A stretch of 64,000 nucleotides of DNA from Clostridia bacterium (GTDB lineage Bacteria; Bacillota; Clostridia; Oscillospirales; Acutalibacteraceae): NCBI GenBank assembly GCA_024404025.1, contig JAKSQP010000013.1, forward strand, positions 6,258 through 70,257, in the 5' to 3' direction. Every line of letters begins with the position of its first letter. Position 1 is the first letter of the stretch. Shown here piece by piece: positions 57,675 to 64,000 of this stretch. The notes beneath the pieces were generated by a model. The model was not told where the DNA came from, did no database searches, and saw only the letters and a list, made by a program, of their open reading frames with translations. Position numbers and translations under genes: made by a program.

Positions 57675-58994
57675 TTACGGTTTGACTTCTATAACGGGAA
57701 GCGCATTGAACAGCGACCTGAAGAATGCGATGAGCTTCTGAATGAATCCCGCCTTGCAGGTGATTATTCCGCCATCTTTCTTCAGCTCGATGCCGTCTGC
57801 ATTTTTCAGAACTTTTCCGTCTGCATCAACAATTTTGACCGAATAATTAACATCTTCCGAAATTTCTTCAATTTCATAGCTGACATCTTCGGCTGTGCCG
57901 TTGATTTCTTTGCCGTTGACAGTCATAACAAGATAACCGCCATCGGGAACACCGTATGCCGTTGCCCTGATGATGACCTTGCTGTGATAATCTGCGCTCT
58001 TTGCGGAAGCAACATTTATCTTTGCTTCTATGGGAGAATAGGGAATCGGAGTATAAACGGCATAAACCTTAAAACCGTCTTCATCCTCAACGATCTTCCA
58101 CTTGCCGAATTCCATTCCCTCGTCGGGAACGATGCGAAGCGTAATCTTTTCACCGCTTACGGAAAGTGACCTGGAATGAGTTACCGTGCAGTTTTCGCAA
58201 TCCTTAACGGTTATTGAGCCTATACGGCTAAACACGGCCTTAACGGTTATTCCGCTCTCGGGCATAACAAAGCTGTTATCGGTAATTTCAACCGCAGGTT
58301 TGGTTATATAGCTCTTGAATGCGTATCCGTCATCTGCAACGGGATTAAGAGTCACTCTTTCATTTGCCGCATTGTACGCACAGGCAAAAGCAAGGGAATC
58401 CGTAAGGTCAGCCGCAAATTGCTTTGCCGTTTCGTGCTTCTCATCCTCTGAAAGATAGCTCCATTCTGTATCAAAGCCGCCATAGGCTGAAAGCTTTTTA
58501 TCCTGTGCAGCTTCATAAACGCCCTTTTCAAGAGCTTCAGCCAGTTTATCGGTACAGTTGTCAGCCGTAAGTGCTGATAATTCATCAAAATTTGCACTTA
58601 TATATTCAGAGGGAATTGTAACCGAATATTCAACAGGGACAGAATCAACCGAAGTTTTCGGCTCACGAGGTAGGGCTTCACCTATATCGCCGAGAGTTTT
58701 CAGCAGCGTAATTGAACCGTTGACAAATGTGAGTACCGAACCAATATTTGAAACTATACCACCGAAAAAACTGTTCGCAAGTGCAGTCCAGCTGTTTGCT
58801 TCCAGGCGTGCACGCTCCTGATCGTTGTCATATTTGCTGACAAAACGCTGAAGTGCATGCTGCACTGCCTTTGACGGTTCTTCAACATCATTAGGATCTA
58901 TTCCGCTGCTGAAAAAGCTTATGTTAAGTTCATCTTCCGTTTCCATGGCAAATGCGGGAACAGCCGTACCCGCTGTCAAAAACAGACAAAGCAA
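57675..58994 (-). CDS. Hypothetical exported protein with InlB-B-repeat-like modules; start codon appears lost (possible pseudogene)
   Basis: The in-frame upstream sequence reads *TKKNGLFRKSLAVLLCLFLTAGTAVPAFA (a signal peptide with no ATG). VTLNPVADDGYAFKSY and ITLRIVPDEGMEFGKW repeats; amphipathic C-terminal tail. Confidence 0.6.
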   Translation of the reverse strand: MLCLFLTAGTAVPAFAMETEDELNISFFSSGIDPNDVEEPSKAVQHALQRFVSKYDNDQERARLEANSWTALANSFFGGIVSNIGSVLTFVNGSITLLKTLGDIGEALPREPKTSVDSVPVEYSVTIPSEYISANFDELSALTADNCTDKLAEALEKGVYEAAQDKKLSAYGGFDTEWSYLSEDEKHETAKQFAADLTDSLAFACAYNAANERVTLNPVADDGYAFKSYITKPAVEITDNSFVMPESGITVKAVFSRIGSITVKDCENCTVTHSRSLSVSGEKITLRIVPDEGMEFGKWKIVEDEDGFKVYAVYTPIPYSPIEAKINVASAKSADYHSKVIIRATAYGVPDGGYLVMTVNGKEINGTAEDVSYEIEEISEDVNYSVKIVDADGKVLKNADGIELKKDGGIITCKAGFIQKLIAFFRSLFNALPVIEVKP

Positions 58995-59198
58995 AACCGC
59001 AAGGGATTTTCTGAATAACCCGTTTTTCTTTGTTTATAGTTCTTTATCATATATTATATAATATTAAATAAAGTTTTTCAAGATAACAATATTATTTAAT
59101 AACCGCATTGGGGCGATTATCGGAATTTATAAAAATATCTTTGATATTTCTCGGTTTTGTGGTATAATTTTTCAGGATAATTTATTTGGAGGGATAAT

Positions 59199-60752
59199 AT
59201 GAATCAGGCAGAAAAAGCATGGAAAGAAACAACATCGGCAGAAACAACGGCTCATCACGGAGGCGGCGCCGGCAGACCGTTCTGGAACGCCGAGGCAAGA
59301 CAGTTTATGTATGTTCCGTCTTTCCAGTTTCCTCCCGTTGCGGGCTGCGAAAAATACATCTATGAGGCAGTTGACGAAACGGGTAAAGAGCTTTCGTTTG
59401 AATCGGAATCCTCCTGCGCACTTCTGACTCCGATATGGAAGGACATTGCCGAAGGAGTTGTTGCCCTTAAGGTATATTCAACTGATGAAAACGACAAAAA
59501 GCTTTATCTTATCGGCGCAAGAACATTTTTCAGACTCGCACCGTTTTCGGATAATTATCCCGAAGCGGCGTGCAGCTTCAGGGACTGCGCTCTGGGAGCT
59601 TTTAATTACTGCTTCAACAGCCGCATTATCCGCCATTGGCTCGATTTCGGCACGCCCGATCCGCATTATGACCTGAATGTTTATCCGAGCAAAATGGAAG
59701 CTTCCGTTATCGAAGCCATGATAAAATACGGCGAACTGATGCCGGACAGAAACGACGACTGCATGAAAATCGCCTGCAATGCCGCAGACTATCTTATCTC
59801 TATAACCGAGCCTGACGGCAGCCCTCTTGAAGGGCTTCCCCCGACTTATTACACGGATTTCAGAGTTTTCGAAAGCACTATGAATAACCTTACCGCCGAC
59901 GAACGCAAGGATACGATCATGATGTTTTATCCCGCTTCTGCAGGCTCGGCATATCTTGCTCTTGAAAAAAAGACAAAAAACCCGAAATATCTGCAAGCTG
60001 CCGTAAAAATCGGAGAATATTACCGCAAAAATGTTCTTGAAAACGGAAGCTGGTATCTTGTTGTTTCAAGGCTTACCGGAAAGCCTGCTGCAATGAATTA
60101 CTGTATGCCGACCAATGCCATTCTCCCGTTTTTGGCAAAGTTATATGAAAGAACAAAAGATGAATGCTGGAAAGTTCTTGCAGATAACGCTCTTGCCTAT
60201 GTCGAAAATAACGCATTGAAAACCTATGATTGGGAAGGACAGTTTGAAGACAGCGTTCTTTCTTCCAATTACTCAAACCTTGCTCACGGCGACTGCAACA
60301 AGTTGATAATGTACTATGCAAGAAATTATTCCGGCAATGCTGAAAAAATCGAAACCGCAAAGGAGCTTATGAGGTTTGTTGAAGATCAGTTTGTAGTCTG
60401 GAACAGACCCTGCCCCTGGGACAGATGCGGCTTTGATATTTCCTGCTGGCCGACTCCGTGCGGACTTGAGCAATATAACTGGTATGTGCCTGTTGATGCA
60501 AGCACGGCGCTCATCGCAAACACATTTCTTTCTATGGGAAAAGCAACCGGCGACGAGCTTTATTTCGCAAAGGCAAAGGCTCTGATGAGCACGATAACAA
60601 GAGTTCAGAGCAAAAAAGACGGCAGGATTCCGACCGAATGGAAAGAGCCCGGTTTCAACGATAATATCCGCAAGGATGATGAATTCTGGATCAACTGTAT
60701 GCTTTATACCTGCTCGGTTCTGACAGAATTTTCAGAATTTTTCGATCAATAA
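59199..60752 (+). CDS. Hypothetical cytoplasmic protein, probably an (alpha/alpha)-toroid glycoside hydrolase/lyase-like fold
   Basis: 517 aa with RBS GGAGG and promoter TTGATA..TGgTATAAT. Helical repeats ending in W/Y/F, and WEGQFED and LEQYNWY motifs. The fold is inferred. Confidence 0.65.
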   Translation: MNQAEKAWKETTSAETTAHHGGGAGRPFWNAEARQFMYVPSFQFPPVAGCEKYIYEAVDETGKELSFESESSCALLTPIWKDIAEGVVALKVYSTDENDKKLYLIGARTFFRLAPFSDNYPEAACSFRDCALGAFNYCFNSRIIRHWLDFGTPDPHYDLNVYPSKMEASVIEAMIKYGELMPDRNDDCMKIACNAADYLISITEPDGSPLEGLPPTYYTDFRVFESTMNNLTADERKDTIMMFYPASAGSAYLALEKKTKNPKYLQAAVKIGEYYRKNVLENGSWYLVVSRLTGKPAAMNYCMPTNAILPFLAKLYERTKDECWKVLADNALAYVENNALKTYDWEGQFEDSVLSSNYSNLAHGDCNKLIMYYARNYSGNAEKIETAKELMRFVEDQFVVWNRPCPWDRCGFDISCWPTPCGLEQYNWYVPVDASTALIANTFLSMGKATGDELYFAKAKALMSTITRVQSKKDGRIPTEWKEPGFNDNIRKDDEFWINCMLYTCSVLTEFSEFFDQ

Positions 60753-60832
60753 CACAAAATATAAGGGAGTTTTGGCGGCACTTCGTAAATCATTTTAAAG
60801 TTTTTGCGAGCAGATTTGTTGAAGAATAAGAA

Positions 60833-60874
60833 AAACCCGAATAGTCAATACTTGATGTATGACTATTCGGGTTT
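60833..60874. terminator. Intrinsic terminator hairpin between convergent genes
   Basis: AAACCCGAATAGTCA / TGACTATTCGGGTTT, 15-bp perfect stem. Confidence 0.75.
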
Positions 60875-60953
60875 GACACTGTTATCCGGCAAATCTGCCT
60901 CAAAAAAACACAAACCGGTTTATGAAGTGCCGCCCTTGGGGCACTCCCTTTTT

Positions 60954-61625
60954 TCAGTTTAATGCCTTGAATTTTTTGGAATATGAAACAAACCGGATCA
61001 TAAAAACGGTTTCCGCAATCATAACGGCACAATAAATATACAGCCCGAATGAAGCCGAAACGGAAGGATTCAATGCCGAAAGTGACTCAACGGAAAAGAA
61101 ATTGAACATAACCGTTCCCGCCGATGCGCACAATGTTCCGATAAGCTCAAAAATCGCCGCCGCTCTGAAATTCATAAATGCGGGGCCGACAACAACGGAG
61201 AAAAATGCAAGCGTTGCCGCAAAAAGGCTGACCGCAAGAAGAAAGAATGCGGGCAGAAACAAAGTATACTGCGTCATATTTCCCAATGAAAATCCCTCGG
61301 GGAAGAATGTTCCGCCTCCGAACGAATCAAGAAGAAAATTCAGATATATCATTGTGCTTCCGTTAAAGGTTATCACGGGCATACAAAGCAGAATAAGAGG
61401 AAGCACGGAGGAAATAAGTCTGAAAAGCGAAATTTTATCTTTAACGCCGTAATCCATAAACTGGGCGGTCATATTCGTCCACCAGAGAAAATCTTTTTCA
61501 GCCTGAACGCTTTCTTCTCTTAAACGGTTGTTGAAATCGTGAAGAAACAGATTTGTGCCGCATTTTCTGCAGTTCTGTCTCCAATCCCAGAATTTTATTT
61601 TCGTTCCGCATACAGGGCAGTTCAT
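60954..61625 (-). CDS. Hypothetical membrane protein with an N-terminal zinc ribbon
   Basis: MNCPVCG...QNCRKCG followed by about 4 TM helices; 4-nt overlap with the MFS stop. Confidence 0.75.
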   Translation of the reverse strand: MNCPVCGTKIKFWDWRQNCRKCGTNLFLHDFNNRLREESVQAEKDFLWWTNMTAQFMDYGVKDKISLFRLISSVLPLILLCMPVITFNGSTMIYLNFLLDSFGGGTFFPEGFSLGNMTQYTLFLPAFFLLAVSLFAATLAFFSVVVGPAFMNFRAAAIFELIGTLCASAGTVMFNFFSVESLSALNPSVSASFGLYIYCAVMIAETVFMIRFVSYSKKFKALN

Positions 61626-63139
61626 ACATTACCCTCCTCGCCTGATTTTTCTTCCGAAATGTCAATTTTTCTGAGCGTAACAAGCTCTCTTCTCGTCTGA
61701 AGCTCGCTGTACATCTGCGCACGCACTTCGGGAGTAATATTATAGAAAAACTTCGGAAAAACGCTGATAAGGCTCATTACTGCGGGAAGCATAAACGAAA
61801 GAGCAAACAAAGAAAATTTAACCTTTTGGCTCTGCGAACCGCTCGAATAATAATCATAGCCGAAAAGGGATTTTATCCATGCTTTAAGGCTGCCGGTGGT
61901 GTTGCTCACGAGCTTTGTCATAAGTCCCTTTGCGGTAAGGATAACGCCCTCGTTCCTTATTCCGTTCGGATCTTTCCATTCGCAATAGTCAATTGATTCA
62001 TAAAGCACCTCGCCGGGAATAACATTTTTTACGCCCCAGAAGGTTTTTCTCACAAACTCCGCCGGGAAAAGAATAAAGAACATTTTCCAGCGCTGATTAT
62101 ACCATCCCTTTTCTCCCGTTCCTCCGATGATGCCGAAAAGGAAGGCAATAATGTTGATAACGGCATCCATGTGAGATGTGAGAATCCACAGGGATTTATT
62201 TGAAAATCTTTTGCGCATGGCGTTTATCCAGCCATAGCTGATAACGGAAACCGGCGCTGCGGGAACTTCGGTAAGCGTGCCGAAAGATGACATACCGAGA
62301 ACATCGATATAATAATCGTTTTTGCTGACCGAAACCGCAAACGCACCGAGAAACTCGGATAAAAGAATAATACGCATAGGCTTGTTTCTGAAAATACTGA
62401 TGAAGCCGTCCTTGACCTTCGGTTTTTCAATGGACTGAACAACTCTTTCCCTGACATTCATAAAGAAATAGAGCGAAAGCGAAACACTCACAATGGTCAC
62501 AACGGTTGCAATTGATGTATAAAAGCCTTTATAGCTTATTTTTATTTTATTCTGAATCATCATATCATAAATCAGATTGATGATAATGCCGGGAATGTTG
62601 TCAACAACTGCGGAAAGCTGGGCAGATCTTGCGGCGAGCCAAATCCTCTCTTCCGGGTTCGGAGTCATCGTTGCAAGCAGTCCGGTTTTTGCAACATTCT
62701 GAAAAGTGCCTATTGTTTCGCTTAAGAACAGACATATCAGCGTAAAAATAAACTTCGCCATGCTCGCATTTGCGGCAGCATCAGTTGGGAAAATATAGCA
62801 TCCGAACCATTTCAGCAATCCGATTGTTGCCGCCGGCAATGCGCAGGCAATAAGATAAGGTCTGAATTTTCCGAAACGGGTTCGGGTCTTGTCAATGATA
62901 ACTCCCGTAAAGGTATCGTTGATAATATCCCATATTCCGACTATGGTGTTGGCAAGAGTAAACATACTTGCCTTAAGCTTGAGAGCATCGGTATTGAATC
63001 TTTCAAAATCACCCGTGCTGATGGAATTGGCAATATCATAAAGGATAAATGCGATTATTCCCTTTTTGTTGACATAGCGTTTGCTGATATCAAGAGCATT
63101 GACATCGGCGCTGTCAAGCTCACGCAGGGTTTCTGCCAT
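61622..63139 (-). CDS. MFS transporter, GPH (glycoside-pentoside-hexuronide:cation) family
   Basis: IWDIINDTFTGVIIDKTRTRFGKFRPYL signature and about 12 TM helices; RBS AAGGAG. Confidence 0.9.
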   Translation of the reverse strand: MAETLRELDSADVNALDISKRYVNKKGIIAFILYDIANSISTGDFERFNTDALKLKASMFTLANTIVGIWDIINDTFTGVIIDKTRTRFGKFRPYLIACALPAATIGLLKWFGCYIFPTDAAANASMAKFIFTLICLFLSETIGTFQNVAKTGLLATMTPNPEERIWLAARSAQLSAVVDNIPGIIINLIYDMMIQNKIKISYKGFYTSIATVVTIVSVSLSLYFFMNVRERVVQSIEKPKVKDGFISIFRNKPMRIILLSEFLGAFAVSVSKNDYYIDVLGMSSFGTLTEVPAAPVSVISYGWINAMRKRFSNKSLWILTSHMDAVINIIAFLFGIIGGTGEKGWYNQRWKMFFILFPAEFVRKTFWGVKNVIPGEVLYESIDYCEWKDPNGIRNEGVILTAKGLMTKLVSNTTGSLKAWIKSLFGYDYYSSGSQSQKVKFSLFALSFMLPAVMSLISVFPKFFYNITPEVRAQMYSELQTRRELVTLRKIDISEEKSGEEGNV

Positions 63140-63202
63140 AGACAAAGCACTCCTTTTAAGCGGATTGTTTCATTCCGAAACCAAAAATCAGTATCCGATT
63201 TG

Positions 63203-63232
63203 ATTATAAATAATTTTGAGCCACATTGTCAA
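63203..63232 (-). promoter_or_regulatory. sigmaA promoter for the MFS operon
   Basis: Minus strand TTGACA (63232-63227), 18 nt, TATAAT (63208-63203). Confidence 0.75.
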
Positions 63233-63259
63233 TACACTTTTTGCTGAAAAAATAATGAA

Positions 63260-63299
63260 AAATCAAAACCCCGATCAGCTCAATTGAGCAGATTGGGGT
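63260..63299 (-). terminator. Terminator after the last gene
   Basis: ACCCCGATC..GCTCAATTGAGC..GATTGGGGT hairpin followed by a U-rich tract on the minus strand. Confidence 0.65.
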
Positions 63300-63315
63300 G
63301 ATTTCTGCGATAAAT

Positions 63316-64000
63316 TCAAAATGCTATTCCGGCAAAAAGAGAACGGAAGAACATAATTATCCCGGCAAAAAACGTTTTGATCGCATTGAAAACACGAGCA
63401 AAAAAGCCTTCTTCTTCCTGAGAAATTTCGCTCACGGGATAAAATCCGATTCCGTCGGCAAGGCCGTAAACAAAAACGCCGTTTTCAACATCATCCGTAT
63501 CAATGCCGCTGTAAAGAGTTATGATCACACCGTCATCAACTTCAATTTCAATATCAGAGCAGGAAGCATCAAAATCAACGGGCATATCGCTTCCGTCCTT
63601 CAGGTGGAAAATGAGCTTTCCGCATTCGGGAAGGATTTGTATTTCATTGATATATCCTTCTTTTGAAAATGAAACAGCGGGAGGAAGAAAACCTTCTGCC
63701 GGAGAAACGGATTCAATATAATCCGAAGCATAAAAAATATTGAATACAAGATCTTTTTCAAAGCCGTAAATTTCTGCGTGAACGGTATTTTGGCCGCTGT
63801 TAAGCTCTCCGGTTTCAACCGGGATCGAATGATCCGTGTCGATAAAGGTGATACCCTTATCGGTAGCAAATGTGAAGCCCTCACAAATTGAAAGCAAATA
63901 TCCGCTCTCATCCTCATTTATGATCGCCTCGTAGCCTGCCTGATAGTTTTCTTTATCTCCTGTAATACGGAAATCGGTCAAATTGCCGAGATTTTGAAGG
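63316..64000 (-). CDS. Hypothetical protein, 5' end outside the window, with an amphipathic C-terminal tail
   Basis: The frame stays open from 63999 to the stop at 63316; acidic beta-rich body; ends EEEGFFARVFNAIKTFFAGIIMFFRSLFAGIAF. Confidence 0.7.
   Translation of the reverse strand, partial: LQNLGNLTDFRITGDKENYQAGYEAIINEDESGYLLSICEGFTFATDKGITFIDTDHSIPVETGELNSGQNTVHAEIYGFEKDLVFNIFYASDYIESVSPAEGFLPPAVSFSKEGYINEIQILPECGKLIFHLKDGSDMPVDFDASCSDIEIEVDDGVIITLYSGIDTDDVENGVFVYGLADGIGFYPVSEISQEEEGFFARVFNAIKTFFAGIIMFFRSLFAGIAF

Noticed and set aside
52785-64000. A prophage or ICE integrated at tRNA-Gln
   Set aside because: No integrase, excisionase, relaxase, phage structural or conjugation genes are visible in the window.

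Overview
A 64-kb chromosomal window from a moderate-GC, probably spore-forming Clostridia bacterium (Oscillospirales-like; this is an inference from gene content, sigmaA-type promoters, CIRCE and spoVAC). The left end (1-13.5 kb) holds a SpoVB/MurJ-like flippase, a GNAT gene with a structured leader, an AraM/EgsA dehydrogenase with an SGNH esterase, a 3-hydroxyacyl-CoA dehydrogenase, a membrane-anchored protein with a toxin-like RNase tip, and a sugar/sugar-acid operon (TIM-barrel/Gfo fusion, Gfo, uxuB, GNAT, GH151-like). The middle (13.7-50.6 kb) is mostly housekeeping: htpG with CIRCE, ridA, mutS2, proAB, an M16 peptidase, an FHA protein, yebC, yitT, mrnC, obgE, DUF512, der, ruvC-[AT-rich NERD nuclease]-ruvAB, ecfA1A2T, truA, cvpA, a pgsA-family gene, a Zn-finger Clp ATPase, an LCP protein, feoAB and spoVAC. 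The right end has a DUF4838 protein and tRNA-Gln(CTG) followed by 2.6 tandem copies of a 162-bp structured repeat. After that comes a plasticity zone with pseudogenes, a CrtI/RetSat-like flavoprotein paired with an FNR-2Fe2S reductase, a GPH-family transporter coupled to a Zn-ribbon membrane protein, and exported proteins sharing a C-terminal 'GF..K/R...FFRSLF' tail. No integrase, transposase, CRISPR array or rRNA was seen. All product calls come from motif recognition; no database searches were run. The best leads are the tRNA-linked repeat, the shared C-terminal tail, the NERD insertion in ruvCAB, the ~217-nt structured RNA upstream of the LCP gene and the flavoprotein/reductase pair.
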